64,000 nt of DNA from Octopus sinensis. Its lineage: Eukaryota. The notes beneath the pieces are model-generated. The model was not told the origin of the DNA. It searched no databases and worked only from the letters and a program-made list of their open reading frames with translations. The position numbers and the translations under genes were made by a program. Shown here one piece after another: positions 1 to 13,570 of this stretch (the stretch's first letter is position 1; each line of letters begins with the position of its first letter). The stretch is taken from positions 6,633,360-6,697,359 of the forward strand of contig NC_043019.1 of the NCBI RefSeq assembly GCF_006345805.1, in the 5' to 3' direction.

Positions 1-40
1 TGTGCCTTTTAGCAATTTGCGCATGCACAGCACATATCTG

Positions 41-41
<1 letters not shown>

Positions 42-120
<79 letters not shown>

Positions 121-121
121 G

Positions 122-160
<39 letters not shown>

Positions 161-207
161 GTGAGTGTGTGTGTATATGTCTATGTGAGTGTGAGTGTAT
201 ATGTACG

Positions 208-258
<51 letters not shown>

Positions 259-415
259 TTATATGTATATATATATATATGCATGTATATATATATATAT
301 ATATATACATTCACAATCACATCCTTCAAATCAACCGTCGATCCATACGTGTATATACATCCATCCATCAATACATACATACGTACATACATTCATTCAT
401 ACATACATACATACA

Positions 416-449
<34 letters not shown>

Positions 450-484
450 CATACATATATACATACATACATACATACATACAT
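42..484. repeat. Compound microsatellite (TA)n/(GA)n/(TACA)n
   Basis: Read directly from sequence; explains ORFs 2..211, 147..392, 169..636, 195..524, 263..496. Confidence 0.97.
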
Positions 485-770
485 ACCTGCCAGTAACCTT
501 ACATATTTTCTGTTTAATGCGTAGAGGCCTGTATGAAAACATTCTCTTTAGAAGCCCTCGTGAAGCTCCACACCTAAAACCATCCTTTTATTGTATGCTC
601 TGCCCCAATTGCCAGTCCACAACGTTCTGTATTTGAACAGTTCTGAGCTCGACTGTGAATTTTATTGTGTTTTCGGGTGGATATCAATAGAGACAAGAAT
701 AAATCGGAAGGCAAAGTAAAGGTAGAGATGTTAAAGTGTAAGACAAAATAACTTGTTACGGTTATATATA

Positions 771-1555
771 TCAGTTTGAGTAAGAAGTGAGCAGCGTTTT
801 AAAACATGAAAAACATTACAATATATTTCAACAGTGCGGAAATTTTATTCATCAAAGTAAGTACCATTATACAATAAACAAATTTGTGCCAACGAGTTAC
901 AAGTTTGTTTATTCCGGTGGCATAAAAATATGGAGTTCTGGAACTGATGAACACTTTGAATGCAACTTCAGCATCGGTTTGATTTTTTAACTCTCCTCGC
1001 GGGAAACTATCAAGGTACTTGAAAAGTGGTAGTCGGTAGGAGAAATGTCTGGGGAATAAACTGGGTGGAGAAGAGCTTCGTAGCCAAGTTCCCTTAACTT
1101 GTGGAACGTCATTAGTGAAACGTGTGGTCGAGCATTGTCATGAAGAATGACTAATCTGGGTTGGAGAAGTAGCAGTTTTTCGTCAATTTTGGCAATTATA
1201 TGGCAATATATTTATACGGTAATGGTTTTTAGGGATTTTAAGAAGTTATAGTGCATGTGTCCAGCAGCACATCACCAAACAGTCACCATAACCTTTTTGA
1301 AAACCTCGGGTTTAGGGAAGGTTTTCGGTACACCATTTTGGTCCTACCACTGCGAAGAACGTTTTTTTATTATTATTGTACAGAATCCACTTTTCATAGC
1401 AAGTTACAATACGGTCGAGGAATGGATCGGTCAGTTTACGGAGAAGAATCGAAGAACAAATTTCATATCGGCGCATACTCTGATTTTCATTCAAACCGTA
1501 TAGAACCAATTTGTCGAGCTGTCTTGATTTTCTGATCGCATGCAAATGGTTCCAA
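771..1555 (-). pseudogene. Decayed mariner (DD34D-type) transposase remnant with probable 3' TIR
   Basis: Minus-strand translation gives PFLDRIVTCYEKWILY (first catalytic D region, D eroded), VILHDNARPHVSLMTFHKLRELGYEALLHPVYSPDISPTDYHF, and C-terminal FYATGINKLVTRWHKFVYCNGTYFDE* (stop 845-847). TA followed by TIR-like TCAGTTTGAGTAAGAAGT at 769-788. Frameshifted, and cut by a SINE at ~1558. Confidence 0.9.
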
Positions 1556-1557
1556 GC

Positions 1558-1697
1558 AGTTCAAATTCCGCCGAGGTCGACTTTGCCTCTCATCCTTTCG
1601 GGGTCGATAAATTAAGTACCAGTTGCGTACTGGGGCCATTTAATCGACTGGCCCCTACTCCAGAATTTCGTGCCTTGTGCCTAGAGTAGAAAAGATT
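1558..1697 (+). mobile_element. SINE family A, 5'-truncated (tail type A1)
   Basis: B-box GTTCAAATTCC plus the core GTCGACTTTGCC..CATCCTTTCGGGGTCGATAAATTAAGTACCAG shared with many copies in the window. Confidence 0.9.
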
Positions 1698-1711
1698 CTG
1701 ATAAGGTTACA

Positions 1712-1927
1712 AGGCGGGTGGCTGTCAGAATCGGTAGCGCGCCAGACGAAGTGCCCAGCAGTATTTCGCCTGTCTTTACGTTCTGAGTTCAAATTCCGCC
1801 GAGGTCGACTTTGACTTTCATCCTTTCGAGGTCGATAAATTAAGTACTAGTTACACACTGGAGTCTGTGTAATCGACTAGTCCCTTCCCATAAAATTTCA
1901 GGCCTGATGCCTATAATGGAAAGGATT
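1712..1927 (+). mobile_element. SINE family A, near full length (tail type A1)
   Basis: tRNA-like head (TGTCAGAATCGGTAGC ... GAGTTCAAATTCC) plus the same core; directly follows the previous copy. Confidence 0.9.
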
Positions 1928-1974
1928 GTAAATTAACAACCACTTACCTACCATTTCTTTTTAACAATTATTCC

Positions 1975-2385
1975 AGTCACTGGAATGCCGGCCATGCTGG
2001 AGCACTGCCTTGAAGAAATTTAGACGAATAAATCGACTCCACTATTTACGTTATTTTCTTTATTGTTACGCGTGGTATTTACTGTCACGGTTACATTTGT
2101 TGAACCACTAACCAGAGATTTATCATTGCTCTCTGTCTCTCTCTTCCCCATCTCTCTATTTCTCTCTCTCTCTCTCTCCATATATATATATACGTGTGTG
2201 TGTGTGTATGTGTGTGTACACTACGGCATTGCATTTGCATACAGCTCACCTCTGCCAAGGTATTGTTTGATCTGGATCTATAGCAGAAGACACTCGTCTC
2301 AGGTACCACCAAATGGTTCTGAACCCGAAACGTCGTGGCGACAATGCGAGGATTTTAGCCACACAGCCAATTCTAAGGGAGAAAT
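1975..2385 (-). mobile_element. Old SINE family D copy
   Basis: Reverse complement matches the family D 3' end (GGCCATGCTGGAGCAC) and head region (TATAGCAGAAGACACT, CTGAACCCG), with the internal microsatellite. Confidence 0.65.
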
Positions 2386-3427
2386 CAAAACGTACCTTGA
2401 AATACTTTTACAACAAACTCACAGAAACAAAATGGAGAGAAAGGGTGTATGTGTGCGTGAGTGTGTGTGTTAGACAGAGAGAGGGAGAGAGAGATAGAGA
2501 GAGGGGGAAAGAGAGAAAGAGAAAGAGAAAATTTACGCCATTTCATCCTTACTTATGGAAGATAAGAATAGTTTGAATAAATTGAATACATTACAAGATA
2601 TGAAGCATAAAATGGTCAACGAACTGGCTATAGAATAGGGTCCTATTGAATGGATGGGGCATCAATTTGCATTAGTGGCCATCAAACGAAAAGGAAAGAC
2701 CTAAGAGAAAGGTAGCAAAGGACAATATTGAGAAGTACTCCATTTTGTATTCTCTACCTTGCAACATTATATGCAATTATTGACAACATGATTATACCAA
2801 CTTGGAAAATTCTGTATATAAGACGCCATCGCGTAAGAGAACATTTCAGATCCAAATAGACTTTCGAATAATAAGAATGTATAGAGGCAAATATTCATAG
2901 ATACATTACAAAAGCAAATACACATTGCTAGGTTATTATAAAAGCTAACAGAATAACGCAAATAGGAAAAGGAAATTTAATCCACGAGCTACACACAGTG
3001 TGAATCACCAAAGCAAGTCAACAGCGTAGAAACGTTGTGTGTTTGACACATGAAAGGCAAACAAAACCTGATTATATGCGCTGATTACACATAAACACAC
3101 GGATGAGAACAGCAACATTTGCGTGCACATTTCGTCTCAAATAACAGCAATAATGAAGCAATCTCAGCAGTTTGATTGTATAAATGATCCCTCGAGGAAC
3201 AATAATCAACAGGACATAAAACCAATCAGTAAGAATTAGAGAGATACAATACAGCAGCTTGTAAAAAGGCGGCAAAGTAAATGGTTGACGAGATGAACGT
3301 TGGTGAATTCTTAACGACTTAGAGGTTAAAAATGGAAATAGATACTTGCAGGACCTTACCTAAACTGGCACTGCGTCGGCTACGACGATGATTGTTCCAG
3401 GAGATGCGAGCAATGGAGTTCACTGTT

Positions 3428-3594
3428 AAGGAGTGGCTGTGAGGTAAGTAGTCTGCTTACCAACCACATGGTTCCGAGTTCATTCCCACTGCGTAACACT
3501 TTTGGAAAAGTGTCTTTCTACTATATCTCGGGCCGACCAAAGCTTTGTGAGTGGATTTGGTAGACGAAACTGAAAGAAGCCGTCGCGTAATATA

Positions 3595-3658
<64 letters not shown>

Positions 3659-3890
3659 TATGTATTTATGTTTGTGTGTCTGTGTTTGTCAACCCACCAT
3701 CGCTTGACAACAGATGTTGGTATGTTTGCGGCCCTGTATCTTAGCGGTTCGGCAAAGGACACCGATAGAATGAGTGCTAGGCTTACAAAGAATAAGTGTC
3801 TTCTACCAGAGCCTCGGGCAGACCGAAAGCTTTTGAGTGGATTTGGTAGACGGAAACTGAAAGAAGACCCACGTGTATATATATATAAAT

Positions 3891-3964
<74 letters not shown>

Positions 3965-4170
3965 ATATATATATGCTTGTGTGTCTGTGTTCCCCACCAT
4001 CGCTTGATAACAGATGATAATATGTTTGCGTCCCCGTATCTTAGAGGTTTGGAAAAGGAGACCAATGGAATGAGTTCTAGGCTTACAAAGAATAAGTTCT
4101 GGGGTGGAATTGTTTGACTGAAAGCGGTGCTCCAGCATGGTCGCAGTCGAATGACTGAAACAAAAAAAAA
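3428..4170 (+). mobile_element. SINE family D with internal tandem duplication of its central module
   Basis: Head GGAGTGGCTGTGAGGTAAG; two successive copies of GATTTGGTAGACG(G)AAACTGAAAGAAG-(TA)n-CCCACCATCGCTTGA..GGCTTACAAAGAATAAGT; one 3' end GCGGTGCTCCAGCATGG..GACTGAAAC. Confidence 0.92.
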
Positions 4171-4883
4171 AGAAGTATGAAAGAATATTTGCCGATGTAA
4201 TTGGGGTCGATGTAATTGAGTTACACCCTTCGCTGAAATTGCTGTCCTTTTGTCAAAAATTCGATGCCAATATATTTGTAGAAATCTTGGAATCTCGATG
4301 TAAAATTACTGCAATGCATAAGCACTCCGGATGTAATATCAGTCAGAATTATCGATTTCAAACTTACGGATGTCCAGTGATTGGTATTTTCTGAGTACGT
4401 AAATTTAGACTGGCTGTACAGGTGAAAGCCAGAACTCATTATAGCAGAGATAGAGAAATACGGCTGCAATTAGATTTCGAAATTAGTAAACGGAGATTAG
4501 GAAGCTGGCATAACAATATCACACACACAAAGAAGAAAGAATATAGGGAAGAAGAAAAAAGGAGAAAATATACAGAGCGAAACAAAATATCGATTTACGA
4601 GAAACAAACAAAAATAAATGTTGATTTTTCATCTAAGAACAATTGATCGATTGGAAGATCGCCAGTCCATTGGATAGATAGGTTACGTGCTAATTTTTCT
4701 AGATCTTCTCGTTCCAAGTTCGAATACAGTCTTCTTCAAATTTGATTTTTTTTCTGGGTTTGATTCCGTTTCATGACCCTTCTGTTTGGCTTTCGGTTCC
4801 AGTCTTTCAGAATTGGCTGAGAGAAGCATCTGCTGCGAGATATTTCATTGTGATACTTTCATGTTATACAATTAGCGATCTGC

Positions 4884-5120
4884 AGGCGGGGGAAGCTGGC
4901 AGAATCGGTAGCGCACCGGGCGAAATGCTTAGCGGTATTTCGTCTGCCGCTACGTTCTGAGTTCAAATTCCGCCGAGATCGACTTTGCCTTTCATCCTTT
5001 CGGGACCGATTAAATAAGTACCAGTTACGCACTGGGGTCGATATGATCGACTTAATCCGTTTGTCTGTCCTTGTTTGTCCCCTCTGTGTGTCGCCACTTG
5101 TGGATAGTAAAAAAAAACAG
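4884..5120 (+). mobile_element. SINE family A, full length (tail type A2), with 14-bp TSD
   Basis: TSD AATTAGCGATCTGC at 4870-4883 and 5121-5134; A-rich tail; tRNA-like A and B boxes. Confidence 0.95.
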
Positions 5121-5204
5121 AATTAGCGATCTGCTTGAGTTAAGGGCCAGAAACATTTTGTTCGTAGGTCGAGTTGCTTTTGTTGATAGGTCTAATTATT
5201 CAGT

Positions 5205-5520
5205 GTAAAGTCGCGTGGTTAAATGGATAGGATATTTGGCTGATGGTAAGGTTGTAAAGTCGATTCCCACCTGCACGTTGTGTCCTTTAGAATGACGCTT
5301 AATTTACGTCGTTGCTCCAGTTCACATATCTGGCAAACATGAGTTGCACCTGTATTTCAAAAGGCCAGCCTTCTCACATTCAAAGATACACTGAATCGCC
5401 ATCAGAACTACGTTAAGGGTACGCATGTCTGTGGAGCGATCAGCTTTTTCCACGTTAATTTCACGAGTAGGCTGTTTGTTGATCGGATCAACTGGAACCC
5501 GCGTCGTCAGTTCTTCAGCC
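5205..5520 (+). mobile_element. Old SINE family B copy
   Basis: Colinear with 7648-7970 (GTTGTGTCCTT, CCTGTATTTCAAA..GGCCAGCC, CTACGTTAAGGGTAC, GTTAATTTCACGAG). Confidence 0.8.
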
Positions 5521-6199
5521 TCAATCAGGTCTCGAACAAGGGTAACTATGATTAAAAATCCTTCCAGCTATGACAAACTCATCTTTTTTTTTCATGACAT
5601 TAGGCTATTTTCGGAGTCATATTACACAAATGTTCTAAAGAAACCGTAAAATATTGCAGACCTAAACGGCCATTAGCGTTGTGCATCACGAAACAGTGAA
5701 AAACAACACAAAACTATTGACAAGAGACACAACTTAGAAAGGTTTGGCAAATCTATTATATCATCACGAATATTTGAGTGGTTCATATATTATCGTTGAT
5801 AATAGACACTCCCGAGAAACTTATATGGATTTAAGTTACAACAACAACTACGAGAGTGACAAGAGACAACAACAACAACAACAACAACAGTACCAAAGAA
5901 GAGAAAAAGCTGCGGGATAAATTCAAGTAAATGCTGCAAGGATGCAATATTTTTGGATATTAAGTGAAATGTATAAGCATAAAATGCTTCTTGGAAATCA
6001 TAAGGACAAAAGAATCACCTAGGAAAAGAAAAAAAATATCTGTCTGGGAAAATATTGCTAAGATATTGTTTAAGCAATATTTCTGAGGAAGTTCCATCAG
6101 AGAAATGTTAGGGAAAGCTGTTACGAGAAAATAGTAAACATGGCATCGGAAAACGAGATCCGGTAACATTAGATCATATAAAACAGGTCTGTGTGCGTG

Positions 6200-6203
6200 T
6201 GTG

Positions 6204-6265
<62 letters not shown>

Positions 6266-6378
6266 ATGTGGTGTGTATGTGTGTGTTTGTTTATGCGTGT
6301 GTGTATATGTTTCTATATGTTCCTTTATAAGTATAAATGTACGTGATTGTCTACGTATATATCTATTTGCATCCCTAC

Positions 6379-6412
<34 letters not shown>

Positions 6413-6510
6413 TGTATGTATGTATGTATGTATGTGTGTATGTATGTATATATGTATGTATGTATGTATGTGTGTGTGTGTATGTATGTGTGTATGTATG
6501 TATGTATGTA
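6200..6510. repeat. (TG)n plus (TATG)n microsatellite
   Basis: Read directly from sequence. Confidence 0.97.
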
Positions 6511-6885
6511 CAAGGTGTCCCAGGAATGTATACACGTTTTAAGAGCTGATAGCACAAATTTCATTTCGTTTTAGATCTAACGCATTAGAAATAACGATGG
6601 AAGTAAAAGAACTTTTAATTATTGGAAAGAGATCATAAAATGCAATCGAAATTTTAAAAACACAGTAGAAGTTCAAACGCAGTTCAGAAGATTTTCAAGC
6701 AAATCTACCAATGTGACTTACTGTCGTTCGAATTAGAGTTGAGTTTTTTGGAGAAAGAAATTCTTAGAATGTCCGCAAAATAACATAGAGGAGACGACCG
6801 ACGTCGACGAATCTCACTATACAAGTAAATAGACAAGAAATCAATGGCCCTTCTTCAAGAAAATCTCTCTGGCAAACAAGTCGTA
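6509..6885 (+). mobile_element. 5' remnant of a Tc1/mariner-superfamily element (DUF4817-like HTH N-terminus)
   Basis: TA followed by TIR-like CAAGGTGTCCCAGG; translated fragment IIKCNRNFKNTVEVQTQFRRF ... RRRPTST resembles the N-terminal HTH of such transposases; stops and frameshifts present. Confidence 0.6.
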
Positions 6886-6887
6886 AC

Positions 6888-6889
<2 letters not shown>

Positions 6890-6966
<77 letters not shown>

Positions 6967-6967
6967 A

Positions 6968-7027
<60 letters not shown>

Positions 7028-7048
7028 ATATATATATATATATATATA
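6890..7048. repeat. (TATC)n/(TA)n microsatellite
   Basis: Read directly from sequence. Confidence 0.97.
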
Positions 7049-7647
7049 AACACAAATGAAGATAGATTTTCTTAAATTAAAATTAAAAACGTCTTTAAGG
7101 GAAGTAGAATATCACACACACACACACACACATAGACACACAAATATATTCATTCTTCAAACCGTTTTTGTTGCAAACTTTCTTCACAGAGTCCCTACTG
7201 TAGAGGACATCCCCGAGCGAGAGAAGTGGGCTGTTCCACCACAAATAAATAGTGAACAGACACAAGTAATGTAAGACAGCGGGGTGTCCCGTTGGGGTCA
7301 GTCTCGCAAATGTCGAAGCACATCGTAATAACGCGGACATAATAGTGTCGAGGAAGACGCAACAGTCACATTATTTGAGGAAAAGCATTTTCAACTAATT
7401 CCTCTCTACGTGTAACTAAATAACATGTGCGTTTGAAGAGCTCTTAGTAGGAAAAAGCTAACTCAATGTTAAAACTCACTTCGGAAATTGTGTTATTGTA
7501 CTTCTCTTAATGCTGTTTTCTAAAATTTTAATTTAAGAAAATCTATCTTCATTTGTGTCGAGGATATATCTTACTATCACAAAGAAATTACGGGGCCTGA
7601 AACACGGAGTATTATAGAATAATATCACTAGCTGTAATATAATACGT

Positions 7648-7970
7648 GAAGGCTCGTGGCTTAGTGGTTAGGGGCATTCGGCTCATGATCGTAAGGTCGT
7701 GAGTTCAATTCTCGGCGGCGCGTTGTGTCCTTGAGAAAGACACTTTATTTCACGTGGCTCCAGTCCACTCAGCTGGCAAAAATGAGTAGTACCTGTATTT
7801 CAAAGGGCCAGCCTTGTCACACACTGTGTCACGCTGAATCTCCCCGAGAACTACGTTAAGGGTACACGTGCTTGTGGAGTGCTCAGCCACTTACACGTTA
7901 ATTTCACGAGCAAGCTGTTCCGTTGACCGTATCAGCTGGGACCTTCGTCGTCGCAACCGACGGAGTGCTC
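7648..7970 (+). mobile_element. SINE family B, full length
   Basis: tRNA-like head TGGCTTAGTGG ... GAGTTCAATTCTC, then GTTGTGTCCTTGAGAAAGACACTT; the 3' ~190 bp is shared with family C. Confidence 0.92.
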
Positions 7971-8549
7971 CTATATAAGTAGCAGAAGATGCAAGGGGAG
8001 ACTCATCAATATCATTACAGATGAGGGGGGGGGCCTTTTCTCGATATAAATAAAAAAATAAAATACAAGCTAGAAGCTAACTTCATTGAATGAAATATAT
8101 AAAAAACTGTTTCAGCGAAAGACAATAGAATACAATACAAATTGTAAAAGGGGACATGACAAAAATCATAATTTTAAACCTTAAAACAGTCAACAATAGA
8201 AAGGATGAAAAAATGTCTTCTAACGGAAATTCGCTGCCTGATTCGGCAGAGACGATGTTAGTGTGAATGTAAATAATAGATCAAGGGCTCTGGGCGAAAA
8301 AGCAGGAACTGAAAGTTTGCTTTTAGCGGTAGATGATGAATGACGAGCTACAAAAAATACAAATATATAAAGAAACAAAAATGGGGATAAAAATTCTGAA
8401 ATATTAATATACTGTCATCTTCAGAATACGTAAGTACTAACATTACAAATATTTCCGTTTACTCATTTTTCGCAAAATCAGAAGTTTCCTTTAACCTTCT
8501 TTAAGCCATTGGACTGCGGCCATATTATTTCGATTCATGTTTCAATTCT

Positions 8550-8865
8550 GCTATAGCATCGGCCCGACCAAAGCCTTGTGAGTGGCTTTGGTAGACGGAA
8601 ACTGAAAGAAGCCTGTCGTACATACAAACATACATATATATGTATGTATGGGTGTGTATGTGTTTGTGTGTGTGTGTTTGTCTCCCAAACATCGCTTGGC
8701 AACCGATGCTGGTGAGTTTATGTCTCCGTAAGATTAGTGGTTCGACAAAAGCGACTGATAGAATAAGAACTTGGCTTACAAAGAATAAGTCCTTAGGTCG
8801 ATTTTCTCGACTAAAGGCGGTGCTCCAGCATGGCCGCAGTCAAATGACTGAAACAAATAAATGAA
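8550..8865 (+). mobile_element. SINE family D, 5'-truncated
   Basis: Matches 13182-13570 from CTATAGC.TCGG.CCGACCAAAGCC to CAGTCAAATGACTGAAAC. Confidence 0.9.
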
Positions 8866-9075
8866 TATAAGAATGAAATCATAAACATATAGTTTTACAC
8901 TGACATACATTCATTCTTATATTTACACGATTATACACATACGCAGACACATACATACATATATATATATGTGTGCGTGTGTGTGTATGTGTATAAACAT
9001 ATAAATATGTGTATGTGTGTAAAAGTATATGCATATATGTGAGTGTGTGTCTGCGTTATAATACATACATATATG

Positions 9076-9139
<64 letters not shown>

Positions 9140-9973
9140 TAGGATAAAGACTTACAGACACATATTTGTTTACATACATTACTATGCTAAAAGCATTCCG
9201 GAAACCTTTGATCGAAAGCCTTTCCGCATTATCACTTTTTCCCTACCACAAGAGACAAGATTATAATTCTATTAAAGACCTCGGAAGAACTAAGTATATT
9301 CTTGTTTATCTCTACCATATCATGATAAAACTAAGCACTGTCGCAAACTGCTATTAAAGAAATATTTAACGATTGAAGGAATTAGAGGAATATAGATGTT
9401 GCCGGTGTGCTATTGAGAGGGAAAATTGAGTGTATCTCAATGAAACAATGTTATTAATTAAACGAATGGGTGCGTTAAATAGAAATTAAATTTTGAGACA
9501 TTTTATGAAATAAAACCCGACATATATACGTGTTTTGTGTTCATGTTTATGTCTGCGTTCAACTATTTGGATATATGTTCAGGTAAATCGATATATGTCC
9601 GTACATATAATCAATGATATACATTTATATGTACTGATGCATATATGTGTGTCTGTGTGTGTGCGTGTGTGCGTGTGAATATATATATATATATATATGT
9701 ATGTGTATATATATGTATGTCTGAATCTGTGACTGTGTGTTCATTTGTGCATATATGTGTGTGAATGTGTGTGTTAAGTGTATATATATCTATACACATA
9801 TATATATATATTTATCTATTTACTTTTGTGTGCACCAAAATAGACACACTCATCTGCATACACACACACCAACCACACACAAACGTGCAACACTACTATG
9901 TAACCAAATCAACAGAAAACACACTTCACACATATCTATACATGAATGCATGACTACACACACACACAGACAT

Positions 9974-10004
<31 letters not shown>

Positions 10005-10599
10005 ATATATTTATTCATATATATATATACAAGTGTATATATATATCTAACTATATATATATACACACACATATACCCACATCGAGATATATATACACCC
10101 ATATATATAGAGATATATACAGAAACACACACACATACACACACACGCACACACACACACAACACACACACACACATATATATATATAGATATAGATAGA
10201 TACACTCACACATATATAACAGATAGATATATACTCTTCGGATATGATTATACGTCTCCAATCAAGTTTGTATGTTCGTGTGTTCACGTGTGCTTCAATG
10301 TGTTACGTTAAAAATTCTGCAGAAGCCTCGAGATAGAAAAATATGATATTAAACATGTAAACTAAATATAAGTCTTTTCATATTGCATTTAATTAATTAT
10401 ACTAAAATACATTATTGCAATTAAATTTTACCAAATTTGTTTCTTATATATTCTAAAGTACAATGTTGCATACTGTGTTTATTTGTCACGGGAGGCTGTC
10501 GCTGTAATTAATGTACGTGTGATGACTGCCTGTTGATTTATTGTATGATCTGTCGTTTTAAAGAAGTTTCGTTCATAGACCCATTAGATGATACGCTGT

Positions 10600-10985
10600 G
10601 AAGGCGCAATGGCCCAGTGGTTAGGGCAGCGGACTCGCGGTCATAGGATCGCGGTTTCGATTCCCAGACCGGGCGTTGTGAGTGTTTATTGAGCGAAAAC
10701 ACCTAAAAGCTCCACGAGGCTCCGGCAGGGTATGGTGGTGATCCCTGCTGTACTCTTTCACCACAACTTTCTTTCAGTCTTACTTCCTGTTTCTGTTGTA
10801 CCTGTATTTCAAGGGGCCGGCCTTGTCACTCTCTGTGTCACGCTGAATATCCCCGAGAACTACGTTAAGGGTACACGTGTCCGTGTAGTGCTCAGCCACT
10901 TACACGTTAATTTCACGAGCAGGCTGTTCCGTTGATTCGGATCAACCGGAACCCTCATCGTCGTAACCGACGGAGTGCTTCTATC
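10600..10985 (+). mobile_element. SINE family C, full length, with 14-bp TSD (1 mismatch)
   Basis: Head GGCGCAATGGCCCAGTGGTTAGGGCAGCGGACTCGCGGTCATAGGATCGCGGTTTCGATTCC; TSD AGATGATAC(G/A)CTGT at 10586-10599 and 10986-10999; near-identical inverted copy at 42061-42440. Confidence 0.95.
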
Positions 10986-11036
10986 AGATGATACACTGTA
11001 CATTGTTCTCTTAATTTGTGCTAAGAGGAGAATATA

Positions 11037-11427
11037 TCTCTCTATATATAAAGCTGAAGTTGTCTGTTTATGGCAGGTTTGGTAGCCTTCAACTAACACT
11101 ACCTCCTCCGAGACCCTGCGGCGCAAGTTGGCCAAAATTGAAAGTATGATAGAAGAAGGCTTGTTCTTCATTCCGTAGAAGCAAACATTCAAATCGAACC
11201 ATGTAACACCAAAAATTATTTACATCAAAAAGGTGCTTTTTTTCTATGAAAATCCCTATGTTTTTACGATTTTTGACTGCTGTGTAGCCATTTGTCGGTG
11301 TATTTCAACCAAAAAATTGTTCACTTAAAGAGAGTAACTAGCTACATAATGCAAAACTTTTACTTTTCAAAAATTTCAATTCTAAAGGGTCGAAACAAAC
11401 CCGAGAAACGCCGGGCGATACTGCTAG
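11037..11427 (+). mobile_element. Non-autonomous Helitron-like element
   Basis: Inserted between A and T; 5' TCTCTCTATATATAAAG; 3' GC-rich hairpin CCCGAGAAACGCCGGG, then CGATACTG, then CTAG. Both termini are shared with the 34719-35101 element. Confidence 0.8.
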
Positions 11428-11599
11428 TCAAATGATATAATCCTTCTTCAAATACTCGGAAAGAGTTGGGAGACAACTTTATTTCTATGACTGTTGATAT
11501 TTAAATTTCAAAATCAGTGTACTAATTGTTAATCTATTTAAACTTAATTTGTATTTTTTTAATAAGCATTTTTCTCTTGTATTTGTTTCTTGATCTATT

Positions 11600-12080
11600 A
11601 TATTATTCTCGCATTATTAATATGGGGACAAATTCAATTTCAGCTGTCGAATTTCGAGTCATCGAAGGAAATGCTTTATAATTGGAAATTTTCTTGTGAA
11701 CGTGTCACGTATATGCTGTTGATGAACAATCATCATTTTCTTTCTATGAAACATGCCTGTTTGGCTAATGTAATTTTCGCCACGTCAACAATATATTTTG
11801 ACAAATATTACTTATACGGATCTGCAAATAAAGATACTTTTTATTTTAAAGTGTTGTCTTCTTTTGCAGTGAAATTTCTCTCATCTTTTCAAGATATTAA
11901 TACAAGTTTCTTAATTGGATTTTCAGCAATTTTGAATGTCAGCTTTGCAGCTATAATATTGGCATATAACTGGGCTTTTATTAATAGTTTCTTTAGGGCT
12001 ATTGGCTGCTTTTTACTTAAAATTATCTTCGCTTTTCAAAACTATTTCTGGTATTTAGATCGCATTTTAAAATGGTAAAT
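11600..12080 (-). pseudogene. Penelope-like element GIY-YIG endonuclease remnant
   Basis: Minus-strand fragments KKQPIALKKLLIKAQL, HFKIKSIFIC, GENYISQTG, VHQQHIRDTFTRKFPIIKHF follow the order of the PLE linker and GIY-YIG domain; multiple stops. Confidence 0.65.
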
Positions 12081-12619
12081 TGAATAATTATATGAAACAC
12101 ATCAATATTCAAAGTATTAAGTGTTAAAATTTAAGGAAGATAAAACATATTCTTTTATATTTTTCTGATTATATTTCTTAAATTCCTAATATCAATTCAT
12201 GTGACATTTCTATTCTGTGGCACATTTTATTTCATTATTTGTACATATATTCATATAGACATACATACATACATATATAATAGATATATATATATATATA
12301 GATATATAATATATATATATATATATAATATATATATATAAATATAAATATATATATATATATTATGTGTATATATAGATAATTATATATATGTATATGT
12401 ATCTCTCCCTCTATCTATCTGTCCCTCTCTATGTCTTTCTTTCTCTCACCCTCTCTTTCGAGCAATATACATACATATATATAATTATATATATATAATA
12501 CATATTCATACAGAGACATACATACATTCACATAAAAAGAAAGACATACACACACATATATGTATATATATATATGTATAGATATAATAGCAACTAGAAT
12601 AATCCGGTCTACTGAAAAT

Positions 12620-12705
12620 AGAAGGCCTCAAATTTTGGGGGAAGTGATTAATTAGTTTACATCGACCCTAGTGTATAACTGGTTCTTATTTAACCGACCC
12701 CGAAA
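12620..12705 (-). mobile_element. SINE family A 3' fragment
   Basis: Reverse complement GGGGTCGGTTAAATAAGAACCAGTTATACACTAGGGTCGATG..CCCCCAAAATTTGAGGCC. Confidence 0.7.
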
Positions 12706-12744
12706 TGAAATGAAATGCTGAGACAAGCCAAGCTAAGCTAAGCC

Positions 12745-13065
12745 AAGCTACAATCACTTGATTCCCGCCATGCTGCAGCACCCCCTTCAGTCCAACAAAT
12801 CGACCCTAGGACTTATTTTTTATAAGTCTAGTACCTTGTGTAACAGTCTCTTATGCTGAACCGCTAATTTACGAGGGCGTAAACATATCAACACCCGCTG
12901 ACAAACAATGTTGAGGGGACAAACACATAAATGCATACATATGTATACAACAGGCATCTTTCAGTTTCCCTCTACCAAATCCACTCGCAAGGTTTTGGTC
13001 GGCTTGATGCTATAGGGCTGTCCAAGGTGCGACGCTGTGAGACTGAACCCGGGAACCCGGGAGCG
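12745..13065 (-). mobile_element. Old SINE family D copy
   Basis: GCCATGCTGCAGCACC, ATCGACCCTAGGACTTATT, CAGTTTCC.TCTACCAAATCCACTC, CCAAGGTGCGACGC colinear with family D in reverse. Confidence 0.8.
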
Positions 13066-13181
13066 TTGTATCATTTTCATAAACCAGTTTCTTCCTCAGA
13101 GAATGAATTCAAATAACTAATAACGAAAGAGAATCTACATCTTACATATACATCCTTATATATATAATATATTATATATCA

Positions 13182-13570
13182 GGCGCAGTAGTGGCTCTGT
13201 AGTAGGTAGCTTCCTTACCAAACACAGGTTCCGAGTTCAGTCCCACTGTATGGAATCTTGGGCAAGTGTCTTCTACTATAGCCTCGGGCCGACCAAACCC
13301 TTGTGAGTGGATTTCGTAGACGGAAACTGAAAGAAGCCCGTCGTATACATATGTGTGTGTGTGTGTGTTTGTGTGAGTTTGTGTGAGTTTGTCCCCCCGA
13401 TGACAACCGATGCTGGTGTGTTTACGTCACCCGTAACTTAGCGATAGAATAATTACTAGACTTACAAAGAATAGGTCCTGGGGTTGATTTATTCGACTAA
13501 AGGCGGTGCTCCAGCATGACCGCAGTCAAATGACTGAAACAAGTAAAAGAATAAAAGAAAAGAATAAAAT
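13182..13570 (+). mobile_element. SINE family D, full length
   Basis: tRNA-like head, internal (TG)n, 3' hairpin CAGTCAAATGACTG, and an AAGAATAA-type tail. Confidence 0.95.

Noticed and set aside
7190-7265. Putative exon RVPTVEDIPEREKWAVPPQINSEQTQ
   Set aside because: Reasonable acceptor but weak donor, and no recognisable protein.
11590-12078. 162-aa hydrophobic + strand ORF
   Set aside because: It is the antisense shadow of the minus-strand PLE GIY-YIG remnant.
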